A DNA stretch of 64,000 bases from Paragordius varius (Eukaryota > Animalia > Nematomorpha): the NCBI GenBank assembly GCA_964247055.1, contig OZ176051.1, positions 248,001-312,000 on the forward strand, written 5' to 3'. Made by a program: the position numbers and the translations under genes. The notes under the pieces were generated by a model. That model searched no databases and had not been told where the DNA came from. It saw only the letters and a program-made list of their open reading frames with translations. Shown piece after piece: positions 10,514 through 25,100 of this stretch. Each line of letters opens with the position of its first letter. The first letter of the stretch is position 1.

Positions 10514-13500
10514 AAATTTGATCAGGTGATGTCACCATAATTTTTTTTGGGTAGCCCTATGGTAGTTCCATCATCACCCCAAATATTTTCGAGATCGGAG
10601 TATAAATGTAATTTTTATGAATTTTTTTAAATATTTAAAAAATTTATTTTATACGATTTTAAAAATAAAAATGGCTACCTAAAATCCAAATTTGATCAGG
10701 TGATGTCACCATAATTTTTTTTGGGTAGCCCTATGGTAGTTCCATCATCACCCCAAATATTGTCGAGATCGGAGTATAAATGTAATTTTTTTGAATTTTT
10801 TAAATATTTAAAAAATTTATTTTATACGATTTTAAAAATAAAAATGGCTACCTAAAATCCAAATTTGATCAGGTGATGTCGCCATAATTTTTTTTGCGTA
10901 GCCCTATGGTAGTTTCATCATCACCCCAAATATTTTGGGGATCGGACTATAAATGTAATTTTTATGAATTTTTTAAATATTTAAAAAATTTATTTTATAC
11001 GATTTTAAAAATAAAAATGGCTACCTAAAATCCAAATTTGATCAGGTGATGTCACCATAATTTTTTTTGGGTAGCCCTATGGTAGTTCCATCATCACCCC
11101 AAATATTTTCGAGATCGGAGTATAAATGTAATTTTTATGAATTTTTTTAAAAATTTAAAAAATTTATTTTATACGATTTTAAAAATAAAAATGGCTACCT
11201 AAAATCCAAATTTGATCAGGTGATATCACCATATTTTTTTTTGGGTAGCCCTATGGTAGTTCCATCACCCCAAATATTGTCGAGATCGGAGTATAAATGT
11301 AATTTTTTTGAATTTTTTAAATATTTAAAAAATTTATTTTATACGATTTTAAAAATAAAAATGGCTACCTAAAATCCAAATTTGATCAGGTGATGTCACC
11401 ATATTTTTTTTTGGGTAGCCCTATGGTAGTTCCATCACCCCAAATATTGTCGAGATCGGAGTATAAATGTAATTTTTTTGAATTTTTTAAATATTTAAAA
11501 AATTTATTTTATACGATTTTAAAAATAAAAATGGCTACATAAAATCCAAATTTGATCAGGTGATGTCACCATAATTTTTTTTGGGTAGCCCTATGGTAGT
11601 TCCATCCCCAAATATTGTCGAGATCGGACTATAAATGTAATTTTTATGAATTTTTTAAATATTTAAAATATTTATTTTATACGATTTTAAAAATAAAAAT
11701 GGCTACCTAAAATCCAAATTTGATCAGGTGATATCACCATATTTTTTTTTGGGTAGCCCTATGGTAGTTCCATCACCCCAAATATTGTCGAGATCGGACT
11801 ATAAATGTAATTTTTATGAATTTTTTAAATATTTAAAATATTTATTTTATACGATTTTAAAAATAAAAATGGCTACCTAAAATCCAAATTTGATCAGGTG
11901 ATGTCACCATATTTTTTTTTGGGTAGCCCTATGGTAGTTCCATCACCCCAAATATTGTCGAGATCGGAGTATAAATGTAATTTTTTTGAATTTTTTAAAT
12001 ATTTAAAAAATTTATTTTATACGATTTTAAAAATAAAAATGGCTACATAAAATCCAAATTTGATCAGGTGATGTCACCATAATTTTTTTTGGGTAGCCCT
12101 ATGGTAGTTCCATCATCACCCCAAATATTGTCGAGATCGGAGTATAAATGTAATTTTTTTGAATTTTTTAAATATTTAAAAAATTTCTTTTATACGATTT
12201 TAAAAATAAAAATGGTTACCTAAAATCCAAATTTGATCAGGTGATGTCGCCATAATTTTTTTTGCGTAGCCCTATGGTAGTTTCATCATCACCCAAAATA
12301 TTTTGGGGATCGGACTATAAATGTAATTTTTATGAATTTTTTAAATATTTAAAAAATTTATTTTATACGATTTTAAAAATAAAAATGGCTACCTAAAATC
12401 CAAATTTGATCAGGTTATGTCACCATAATTTTTTTTGGGTAGCCCTATGGTAGTTCCATCATCACCCCAAATATTTTCGAGATCGGAGTATAAATGTAAT
12501 TTTTATGAATTTTTTAAATAAAATTTATTTTATACGATTTTAAAAATAAAAATGGCTACCTAAAATCCAAATTTGATCAGGTGATGTCGCCATAATTTTT
12601 TTTGGGTAGCCCTATGGTAGTTCCATCATAACCCCAAATATTTTTGAGATCGGAATTTAAATGTAATTTTTATGAATTTTTTAAATATTTAAAAAATTTA
12701 TTTTATACGATTTTAAAAATAAAAATGGCTGCCTAAAATCCAAATTTGATCAGGTGATGTCGCCATAATTTTTTTTGGGTAGCCCTATGGTAGTTCCATC
12801 ATCACCCCAAATATTTTCGAGATCGGAGTATAAATGTTATTTTTATGAATTTTTTAAATATTTAAAAAATTTATTTTATACGATTTTAAAAATAAAAATG
12901 GCTACCTAAAATCCAAATTTGATCAGGTGATGTCACCATAATTTTTTTTGGGTAGCCCTATGGTAGTTCCATCATCACCCCAAATATTTTCGAGATCGGA
13001 GTATAAATGTTATTTTTATGAATTTTTTAAATATTTAAAAAATTTATTTTATACGATTTTAAAAATAAAAATGGCTACCTAAAATCCAAATTTGATCAGG
13101 TGATGTCACCATAATTTTTTTTGGGTAGCCCTATGGTAGTTCCATCATCACCCCAAATATTGTCGAGATCGGAGTATAAATGTAATTTTTTTGAATTTTT
13201 TAAATATTTAAAAAATTTATTTTATACGATTTTAAAAATAAAAATGGCTACCTAAAATCCAAATTTGATCAGGTGATGTCGCCATAATTTTTTTTTGCGT
13301 AGCCCTATGGTAGTTTCATCATCACCCCAAATATATTGGGGATCCGACTATTAATGTAATTTTTATGAATTTTTTAAATATTTAAAAAATTTATTTTATA
13401 CGATTTTAAAAATAAAAATGGCTACCTAAAATCCAAATTTGATCAGGTGATGTCACCATAATTTTTTTTGGGTAGCCCTATGGTAGTTCCATCATCACCC

Positions 13501-14298
13501 CAAATATTTTCGAGATCGGAGTATAAATGTAATTTTTATGAATTTTTTTAAATATTTAAAAAATTTATTTTATACGATTTTAAAAATAAAAATGGCTACC
13601 TAAAATCCAAATTTGATCAGGTGATGTCACCATATTTTTTTTGGGTAGCCCTATGGTAGTTCCATCATCACCCCAAATATTGTCGAGATCGGAGTATAAA
13701 TGTAATTTTTTTGAATTTTTTAAATATTTAAAAAATTTATTTTATACGATTTTAAAAATAAAAATGGCTACCTAAAATCCAAATTTGATCAGGTGATGTG
13801 GCCATAATTTTTTTTGGGTAGCCCTATGGTAGTTCCATCATCACCCCAAATATTTTCGAGATCGGAGTATAAATGTAATTTTTATGAATTTTTTAAATAT
13901 TTAAAAAATTTATTTTATACGATTTTAAAAATAAAAATGGCTACCTAAAATCTAAATTTGATCAGGTGATGTCGCCATAATTTTTTTTGGGTAGCCCTAT
14001 AGTAGTTCCATCATCACCCCAAATATTTTTGAGATCGGAGTATAAATGTAATTAATATGAATTTTTTATATATTTAAAAAATTTATTTTATACGGTTTTA
14101 AAAATAAAAATGGCTACCTAAAATCCAAATTTGATCAGGTGATGTCACCATAATTTTTTTGGGTAGCTATATGGTAGTTCCATCATCACCCCAAATATTG
14201 TCGAGATCGGAGTATAAATGTAATTTTTATGAATTTTTTAAATATTTAAAAAATTTATTTTATACGATTTTAAAAATAAAAATGGCTACCTAAAATCC
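6546..14298 (+). repeat. Dispersed duplication of ~12 monomers (6546-8608 and 12056-14298), offset 5.51-5.68 kb
   Basis: Shared GGTTACC, CCCAAAA, 6-bp TTTAAA deletion (~7010/~12520), GTGGCC (8117/13799), TCTAAA with AATTAATATG and ACGGTT. Confidence 0.82.
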
Positions 14299-14644
14299 AA
14301 ATTTGATCAGGTGATGTCACCATAATTTTTTTTGGGTAGCCCTATGGTAGTTCCATCATCACCCCAAATATTTTCGAGATCGGAGTATAAATGTAATTTT
14401 TATGAATTTTTTAAATATTTAAAAAATTTATTTTATACGATATTAAAAATAAAAATGGCTACCTAAAATCCAAATTTGATCAGGTGATGTCACCATAATT
14501 TCTTTTGGGTATCCCTATGGTAATTCCATCATCACGCCATATATTGTCGAGATCGGAGTATAAATGTAATTTTTTTGAATTTTTTAAATATTTAAAAAAT
14601 TTATTTTATACGATTTTAAAAATAAAAATGGCTACCTAAAATCC

Positions 14645-17600
14645 AAATTTGATCAGGTGATGTCGCCATAATTTTTTTTGGGTAGCCCTATAGTAGTTCC
14701 ATCATCACCCCAAATATTTTTGAGATCGGAGTATAAATGTAATTAATATGAATTTTGTAAATATTTAAAAAATTTATTTTATACGATTTTAAAAATAAAA
14801 ATGGCTACCTAAAATCCAAATTTGATCAGGTGATGTCACCATAATTTTTTTTGGGTAGCCCTATGGTAGTTCCATCACCCCAAATATTGCCGAGATCGGA
14901 GTATAAATGTAATTTTTTTGAATTTTTTAAATATTTAAAAAATTTATTTTATACGATTTTAAAAATAAAAATGGCTACCTAAAATCCAAATTTGATCAGG
15001 TGATGTCACCATAATTTATTTTGGGTAGCCCTATGGTAGTTCCATCATCACTCCAAATATTTTCGAGATCGGAGTATAAATGTAATTTTTATGAATTTTT
15101 TAAATATTTAAAAAATTTATTTTATACGATATTAAAAATAAAAATGGCTACCTAAAATCCAAATTTGATCAGGTGATGTCACCATAATTTTTTTTGGGTA
15201 GCCCTATGGTAATTCCATCATCACCCCAAATATTGTCGAGATCGGAGTATAAATGTAATTTTTTTGAATTTTTTAAATATTTAAAAAATTTATTTTATAC
15301 GATTTTAAAAATAAAAATGGCTACCTAAAATCCAAATTTGATCAGGTGATGTCGCCATAATTTTTTTTGGGTAGCTCTATGGTAGTTCCATCATCACCCC
15401 AAATATTGTCGAGATTGGAGTATAAATGTAATTTTTATGAATTTTTTAAATATTTAAAAAATTTATTTTATACGATATTAAAAATAAAAATGGCTACCTA
15501 AAATCCAAATTTGATCAGGTGATGTCACCATAATTTTTTTTGGGTAGCCCTATGGTAATTCCATCATCACCCCAAATATTGTCGAGATCGGAGTATAAAT
15601 GTAATTTTTTTGAATTTTTTAAATATTTAAAAAATTTATTTTATACGATATTAAAAATAAAAATGGCTACCTAAAATCCAAATTTGATCAGGTGATGTCA
15701 CCATAATTTTTTTTGGGTAGCCCTATGGTAATTCCATCATCACCCCAAATATTGTCGAGATCGGAGTATAAATGTAATTTTTATGAATTTTTTAAATATT
15801 TAAAAAATTTATTTTATACGATTTTAAAAATAAAAATGGCTACCTAAAATCCAAATTTGATCAGGTGTAGTCGCCATAATTTTTTTGGGGTAGCCCTATA
15901 GTAGTTCCATCATCACCCCAAATATTTTTGAGATCGGAGTATAAATGTAATTAATATGAATTTTTTAAATATTTAAAAAATTTATTTTATACGATTTTAA
16001 AAATAAAAATGGCTACCTAAAATCCAAATTTGATCAGGTGATGTCACCATAATTTTTTTTGGGTAGCCCTATGGTAGTTCCATCACCCCAAATATTGTCG
16101 AGATCGGAGTATAAATGTAATTTTTTTGAATTTTTTAATATTTAAAAAATTTATTTTATACGATTTTAAAAATAAAAATGGCTACCTAAAATCCAAATTT
16201 GATCAGGTGATGTTGCCATAATTTTTTTCCTTAGCCCTATGGTAGTTCCATCATCACCCCAAATATTTTGGGGATCGTACTATAAATGTAATTTTTATGA
16301 ATTTTTTAAATATTTAAAAAATTTATTTTATACGATTTTAAAAATAAAAATGGCTACCTAAAATCCAAATTTGATCAGGTGATGTTGCCATAATTTTTTT
16401 CCGTAGCCCTATGGTAGTTCCATAATCACGCCAAATATTTTGGGGATCGGACTATAAATGTAATTTTTATGAATTTTTTAAATATTTAAAAAATTTATTT
16501 TATACGATTTTAAAAATAAAAATGGCTACCTAAAATCCAAATTTGATCAGGTGATGTCGCCATAATTTTTTTTGGGTAGCCCTATAGTAGTTCCATCATC
16601 ACCCCAAATATTTTTGAGATCGGAGTATAAATGTAATTAATATGAATTTTGTAAATATTTAAAAAATTTATTTTATACGATTTTAAAAATAAAAATGGCT
16701 ACCTAAAATCCAAATTTGATCAGGTGATGTCACCATAATTTTTTTTGGGTAGCCCTATGGTAGTTCCATCACCCCAAATATTGCCGAGATCGGAGTATAA
16801 ATGTAATTTTTTTGAATTTTTTAAATATTTAAAAAATTTATTTTATACGATTTTAACAATAAAAATGGCTACCTAAAATCCAAATTTGATCAGGTGATGT
16901 CGCCATATTTTTTTTTCCGTAGCCCTATGGTAGTTCCATCATCACCCCAAATATTTTGGGGATCGGACTATAAATGTAATTTTTATGAATTTTTTAAATA
17001 TATAAAAAATTTATTTTATACGATTTTAAAAATAAAAATGGCTACCTAAAATCCAAATTTGATCAGGTGATGTCGCCATAATTTTTTTTCCGTAGCCCTA
17101 TGGTAGTTCCATCATCACCCCAAATATTTTAGGGATCGGACTATAAATGTAATTTTTATGAATTTTTTAAATATTTAAAAAATTAATTTATACGATTTTA
17201 AAAATAAAAGTGGCTACCTAAAATCCAAATTTGATCAGGTGATGTCACCATAATTTTTGGGTAGCCCTATGGTAGTTCCATCATCACCCCAAATATTTTC
17301 GAGATCGGAGTATAAATGTAATTTTTATGAATTTTTTAAATATTTAAAAAATTTATTTTATACGATATTAAAAATAAAAATGGCTACCTAAAATCCAAAT
17401 TTGATCAGGTGATGTCACCATAATTTTTTTTGGGTAGCCCTATGGTAATTCCATCATCACCCCAAATATTGTCGAGATCGGAGTATAAATGTAATTTTTT
17501 TGAATTTTTTAAATATTTAAAAAATTTATTTTATACGATATTAAAAATAAAAATGGCTACCTAAAATCCAAATTTGATCAGGTGATGTCACCATAATTTT

Positions 17601-18428
17601 TTTTGGGTAGCCCTATGGTAATTCCATCATCACCCCAAATATTGTCGAGATCGGAGTATAAATGTAATTTTTATGAATTTTTTAAATATTTAAAAAATTT
17701 ATTTTATACGATTTTAAAAATAAAAATGGCTACCTAAAATCCAAATTTGATCAGGTGTAGTCGCCATAATTTTTTTTGGGTAGCCCTATAGTAGTTCCAT
17801 CATCACCCCAAATATTTTTGAGATCGGAGTATAAATGTAATTAATATGAATTTTTTAAATATTTAAAAAATTTATTTTATACGATTTTAAAAATAAAAAT
17901 GGCTACCTAAAATCCAAATTTGATCAGGTGATGTCACCATAATTTTTTTTGGGTAGCCCTATGGTAGTTCCATCACCCCAAATATTGTCGAGATCGGAGT
18001 ATAAATGTAATTTTTTTGAATTTTTTAATATTTAAAAAATTTATTTTATACGATTTTAAAAATAAAAATGGCTACCTAAAATCCAAATTTGATCAGGTGA
18101 TGTTGCCATAATTTTTTTCCTTAGCCCTATGGTAGTTCCATCATCACCCCAAATATTTTGGGGATCGTACTATAAATGTAATTTTTATGAATTTTTTAAA
18201 TATTTAAAAAATTTATTTTATACGATTTTAAAAATAAAAATGGCTACCTAAAATCCAAATTTGATCAGGTGATGTTGCCATAATTTTTTTCCGTAGCCCT
18301 ATGGTATTTCCATCATCACGCCAAATATTTTGGGGATCGGACTATAAATGTAATTTTTATGAATTTTTTAAATATTTAAAAAATTTATTTTATACGATTT
18401 TAAAAATAAAAATGGCTACCTAAAATCC
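14645..18428 (+). repeat. Tandem 11-monomer duplication (14645-16538, 16539-18428) with three non-matching internal monomers
   Basis: TTTTGTAA, TTGCCGAG, GTGTAGTC (monomers 15853/17743), CCTTAG with GATCGTAC, and CACGCC are shared at a 1890-1894 bp offset. Confidence 0.85.
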
Positions 18429-21400
18429 AAATTTGATCAGGTGATGTCACCATAATTTTTTTTGGGTAGCCCTCTGGTAGTTCCATCATCACCCCAAATA
18501 TTTTGGGGATCGGACTATAAATGTAATTTTTATGAATTTTTTAAATATTTAAAAAATTTATTTTATACGATTTTAAAAATAAAAATGGCTACCTAAAATC
18601 TAAATTTGATCAGGTGATGTCACCATAATTTTTTTTGGGTAGCCCTATGGTAGTTCCATCATCACCCCAAATATTGTCGAGATCGGAGTATAAATGTAAT
18701 TTTTTTGAATTTTTTAAATATTTAAAAAATTTATTTTATACGATTTTAAAAATAAAAATGGCTACCTAAAATCCAAATTTGATCAGGTGATGTCGCCATA
18801 ATTTTTTTTGGCTAGCCCTATGGTAGTTCCATCATCACCCCAAATATTTTGGGGATCGGACTATAAATGTAATTTTTATGAATTTTTTAAATATTTAAAA
18901 AACTTATTTTATACGATTTAAAAAATAAAAATGGCTACCTAAAATCCAAATTTGATCAGGTGATGTCACCATAATTTTTTTTGGGTAGCCCTATGGTAGT
19001 TCCATCATCACCCCAAATATTTTCGAGATCGGAGTATAAATGTAATTTTTATGAATTTTTTAAATATTTAAAAAATTTATTTTATACGATTTTAAAAATA
19101 AAAATGGCTACCTAAAATCCAAATTTGATCAGGTAATGTCACCATATTTTTTTTTGGGTAGCCCTATGGTAGTTCCATCATCACCCCAAATATTGTCGAG
19201 ATCGGAGTATAAATGTAATTTTTTTGAATTTTTTAAATATTTAAAAAATTTATTTTATACGATTTTAAAAATAAAAATGGCTACCTAAAATCCAAATTTG
19301 ATCAGGTGATGTCGCCATAATTTTTTTTGGGTAGCCCTATGGTAGTTCCATCATAACCCCAAATATTTTTGAGATCGGACTTTAAATGTAATTTTTATGA
19401 ATTTTTTAAATATTTAAAAAATTTATTTTATACGATTTTAAAAATAAAAATGGCTACCTAAAATTTAAATTTGATCAGGTGATGTCACCATAATTTTTTT
19501 TGGGTAGCCCTATGGTAGTTCCATCATCACCCCAAATATTTTCGAGATCGGAGTATAAATGTAATTTTTATGAATTTTTTAAATATTTAAAAAATTTATT
19601 TTATACGATTTTAAAAATAAAAATGGCTACCTAAAATCCAAATTTGATCAGGTGATGTCACCATAATTTTTTTTGGGTAGCCCTATGGTAGTTCCATCAC
19701 CCCAAATATTGTCGAGATCGGAGTATAATGTAATTTTTTTGAATTTTTTAAATATTTAAAAAATTTATTTTATACGATTTTAAAAATAAAAATGGCTACC
19801 TAAAATCCAAATTTGATCAGGTGATGTCACCATAATTTTTTTTGGGTAGCCCTATGGTAGTTCCATCACCCCAAATATTGTCGAGATCGGAGTATAAATG
19901 TAATTTTTTTGAATTTTTTAAATATTTAAAAAATTTATTTTATACGATTTTAAAAATAAAAATGGCTACCTAAAATCCAAATTTGATCAGGTGATGTCGC
20001 CATAATTTTTTTTGGGTAGCCCTATAGTAGTTCCATCATCACCCCAAATATTTTTGAGATCGGATTATAAATGTAATTAATATGAATTTTTTAAATATTT
20101 AAAAAATTTATTTTATACGATTTTAAAAATAAAAATGGCTACCTAAAATCCAAATTTGATCAGGTGATGTCACCATAATTTTTTTTGGGTAGCCCTATGG
20201 TAGTTCCATCATCACCCCAAATATTTTCGAGATCGGAGTATAAATGTAATTTTTATGAATTTTTTAAATATTTAAAAAATTGATTTTATACGATTTTAAA
20301 AATAAAAATGGCTACCTAAAATCCAAATTTGATCAGGTGATGTCACCATATTTTTTTTTGGGTAGCCCTATGGTAGTTCCATCATCACCCCAAATATTTT
20401 CGAGATCGGAGTATAAATGTAATTTTTATGAATTTTTTAAATATTTAAAAAATTGATTTTATACGATTTTAAAAATAAAAATGGCTACCTAAAATCCAAA
20501 TTTGATCAGGTGATGTCACCATATTATTTTTTGGGTAGCCCTATGGTAGTTCCATCATCACCCCAAATATTTTCGAGATCGGAGTATAAATGTAATTTTT
20601 ATGAATTTTTTAAATATTTAAAAAATTTATTTTATACGATTTTAAAAATAAAAATGGCTACCTAAAATCCAAATTTGATCAGGTGATGTCGCCATAATTT
20701 TTTTTGCGTAGCCCTATGGTAGTTTCATCATCACCCCAAATATTTTGGGGATCGGAGTATAAATGTAATTTTTATGAATTTTTTAAATATTTAAAAAATT
20801 TATTTTATACGATATTAAAAATAAAAATGGCTACCTAAAATCCAAATTTGATCAGGTGATGTCACCATAATTTTTTTTGGGTAGCCCTATGGTAATTCCA
20901 TCATCACCCCAAATATTTTGGGGATCGGACTATAAATGTAATTTTTATGAATTTTTTAAATATTTAAAAAATTTATTTTATACGATTTTAAAAATAAAAA
21001 TGGCTACCTAAAATCCAAATTTGATCAGGTGATGTCACCATAATTTTTTTTGGGTAGCCCTATGGTAGTTCCATCATCACCCCAAATATTTTCGAGATCG
21101 GAGTATAAATGTAATTTTTATAAATTTTTTAAATATTTAAAAAATTTATTTTATACGATTTTAAAAATAAAAATGGCTACCTAAAATCCAAATTTGATCA
21201 GGTGATGTCGCCATAATTTTTTTTGCGTAGCCCTATGGTAGTTTCATCATCACCCCAAATATTTTGGGGATCGGAGTATAAATGTAATTTTTATGAATTT
21301 TTTAAATATTTAAAAAATTTATTTTATACGATTTTAAAAATAAAAATGGCTACCTAAATTCCAAATTTGATCAGGTGATGTCACCATAATTTTTTTTGGG

Positions 21401-22053
21401 TAGCCCTATGGTAGTTCCATCATCACCCCAAATATTTTCAAGATCGGAGTATAAATGTAATTTTTATGAATTTTTTAAATATTTAAAAAATTTATTTTAT
21501 ACGATTTTAAAAATAAAAATGGCTACCTAAAATCCAAATTTGATCAGGTGATGTCACCATATTTTTTTTTGGGTAGCCCTATAGTAATTCCATCATCACC
21601 CCAAATATTTTGGAGGATCGGACTATAAATGTAATTTTTATGATTTTTTTAAATATTTAAAAAATTTATTTTATACGATTTTAAAAATAAAAATGGCTAC
21701 CTAAAATCCAAATTTGATCAGGTGATGTCACCATAATTTTTTTTGGGTAGCCCTATGGTAGTTCCATCATCACCCCAAATTTTTCGAGATCGGAGTATAA
21801 ATGTAATTTTTATGAATTTTTTAAATATTTAAAAAATTTATTTTATACGATTTTAAAAATAAAAATGGCTACCTAAAATCCAAATTTGATCAGGTGATGA
21901 CGCCAAATTTTTTTTGGGTAGCCCTATGGTAATTCCATCATCACCCCAAATATTGTCGAGATCGGCGTATAAATGTAATTTTTTTGAATTTTTTAAATAT
22001 TTAAAAAATTTATTTTATACGATATTAAAAATAAAAATGGCTACCTAAAATCC

Positions 22054-22128
22054 AAATTTGATCAGGTGATGTCGCCATAATTTTTTTTGGGATACGATTT
22101 TAAAAATAAAAATGGCTACCTAAAATCC
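22054..22128 (+). repeat. Truncated 75-bp monomer (98-bp internal deletion, consensus positions 39-136)
   Basis: Junction TTTTGGG|ATACGATTTT at 22091/22092; next anchor at 22129. Confidence 0.95.
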
Positions 22129-25100
22129 AAATTTGATCAGGTGATGTCGCCATAATTTTTTTTGGGTAGCCCTATGGTAGTTCCATCATCACCCCAAATA
22201 TTTTTGAGATCGGACTTTAAATGTAATTTTTATAAAATTTTTAAATATTTAAAAAATTTATTTTATACGATTTTAAAAATAAAAATGGCTACCTAAAATC
22301 CAAATTTGATCAGGTGATGTCACCATAATTTTTTTTGGGTAGCCCTATGGTAGTTCCATCATCACCCCAAATATTTTCGAGATCGGAGTATAAATGTAAT
22401 TTTTATGAATTTTTTAAATATTTAAAAAATTTATTTTATACGATTTTAAAAATAAAAATGGCTACCTAAAATCCAAATTTGATCAGGTGATGTCACCATA
22501 ATTTTTTTTGGGTAGCTCTATGGTAGTTCCATCATCACCCCAAATATTTTCGAGATCGGAGTATAAATGTAATTTTTATGAATTTTTTAAATATTTAAAA
22601 AATTTATTTTATACGATATTAAAAATAAAAATGGCTACCTAAAATCCAAATTTGATCAGGTGATGTCACCATAATTTTTTTTGGGTAGCCCTATCGTAAT
22701 TCCATCATCACCCCAAATATTGTCGAGATCGGAGTATAAATGTAATTTTTATGAATTTTTTAAATATTTAAAAAATTTATTTTATACGATTTTAAAAATA
22801 AAAATGGCTACCTAAAATCCAAATTTGATCAGGTGATGTCACTATAATTTTTTTTGGGTAGCCCTATGGTAGTTCCATCATCACTCCAAATATTTTCGAG
22901 ATCGAAGTATAAATGTAATTTTTATGAATTTTTTAAATATTTAAAAAATTTATTTTATACGATTTAAAAATAAAAATGGCTACCTAAAATCCAAATTTGA
23001 TCAGGTGATGTCGCCATAATTTTTTTTGGGTAGCCCTATGGTAGTTCCATCATCACCCCAAATATTTTCGAGATCGGAATATAAATGTAATTTTTATGAA
23101 TTTTTTAAATATTTAAAAAATTTATTTTATACGATTTTAAAAATAAAAATGGCTACCGAAAATCCAAATTTGATCAGGTGATGTCACCATAATTTTTTTT
23201 GGGTAGCCCTATGGTAGTTCCATCATCACCCCAAATGTTGTCGAGATCGGAGTATAAATGTAATTTTTTTGAATTTTTTAAATATTTAAAAAATTTATTT
23301 TATACGATTTTAAAAATAAAAATGGCTACCTAAAATCCAAATTTGATCAGGTGATGTCGCCATAATTTTTTTTGGGTAGCCCTATGGTAGTTCCATCATC
23401 ACCCCAAATATTTTGGGGATCGGACTATAAATGTAATTTTTATGAATTTTTTAAATATTTAAAAAATTTATTTTATACGATTTTAAAAATAAAAATGGCT
23501 ACCTAAAATCCAAATTTGATCAGGTGATGTCACCATAATTTTTTTTGCGTAGCCCTATGGTAGTTCTATCATAACCCCAAATATTTTGGGGATCGGACTA
23601 TAAATGTAATTTTTATGAATTTTTTAAATATTTAAAAAATTTATTTTATACGATTTTAAAAATAAAAATGGCTACCTAAAATCCAAATTTGATCAGGTGA
23701 TGTCACCATAATTTTTTTTGGGTAGCCCTATGGTAGTTCCATCATCACCCCAAATATTGTCGAGATCGGAGTATGAATGTAATTTTTTTGAATTTTTTAA
23801 ATATTTAAAAAATTTATTTTATACGATTTTAAAAATAAAAATGGCTACCTAAAATCCAAATTTGATCAGGTGATGTCACCATAATTTTTTTTGGGTAGCC
23901 CTATGGTAGTTCCATCATCACCCCAAATATTTTCGAGATCGGAGTATAAATGTAATTTTTATGAATTTTTTAAATATTTAAAAAATTTATTTTATACGAT
24001 TTTAAAAATAAAAATGGCTACCTAAAATCCAAATTTGATCAGGTGATGTCACTATAATTTTTTGGGTAGCCCTATGGTAGTTCCATCATCACCCCAAATA
24101 TTTTTAAGATCGGAGTATAAATGTAATTTTTATGAATTTTTTAAATATTTAAAAAATTTATTTTATACGATTTTAAAAATAAAAATGGCTACCTATAATC
24201 CAAATTTGATCAGGTGATGTCGCCATAATTTTTTTTGGGTAGCCCTATGATAGTTCCATCATCAGCCCAAATATTTTGGGGATCGGACTATAAATGTAAT
24301 TTTTATGAATTTTTTAAATATTTAAAAAATTTATTTTATACGATATTAAAAATAAAAATGGCTACCTAAAATCCAAATTTGATCAGGTGATGTCGCCATA
24401 ATTTTTTTTTGGGTAGCCCTATAGTAGTTCCATCATCACCCCAAATATTTTCGAAATCGGAGTATAAATGTAATTTTTATGAATTTTTTAAATATTTAAA
24501 AAATTTATTTTATACGATTTTAAAAATAAAAATGGCTACCTAAAATCCAAATTTGATCAGGTGATGTCACTATAATTTTTTTTGGGTAGCCCTATGGTAG
24601 TTTCATCATCACCCCAAATATTTTCGAGATCGAAGTATAAATGTAATTTTTATGAATTTTTTAAATATTTAAAAAATTTATTTTATACGATTTTGAAATA
24701 AAAATGGCTACCTAAAATCCAAATTTGATCAGGTGATGTCGCCATAATTTTTTTTGGGTAGCCCTATGGTAGTTCCATCATCACCCCAAATATTTTCGAG
24801 ATCGGAGGATAAATGTAATTTTTATGAATTTTTTAAATATTTAAAAAATTTATTTTATACGATTTTAAAAATAAAAATGGCTACCTAAAATCCAAATTTG
24901 ATCAAGTGATGTCACCATAATTTTTTTTGGCCTATGGTAGTTCCATCATCACCCCAAATATTGTCGAGATCGGAGTATAAATGTAATTTTTATGAATTTT
25001 TTAAATATTTAAAAAATTTATTTTATACGATTTTAAAAATAAAAATGGCTACCTAAAATCCAAATTTGATCAGGTGATGTCACTATAATTTTTTTGGGTA

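Noticed and set aside
20453-20665. 70-aa ORF (MILYDFKNK...) from the supplied track
   Set aside because: It is pure satellite sequence. It opens only because of a local TTG variant (AATTGATTT) and loss of a TAA (CATATTATTT). It is single-copy among ~370 monomers, reflects A/T tracts in its composition, and resembles no protein I recognise.
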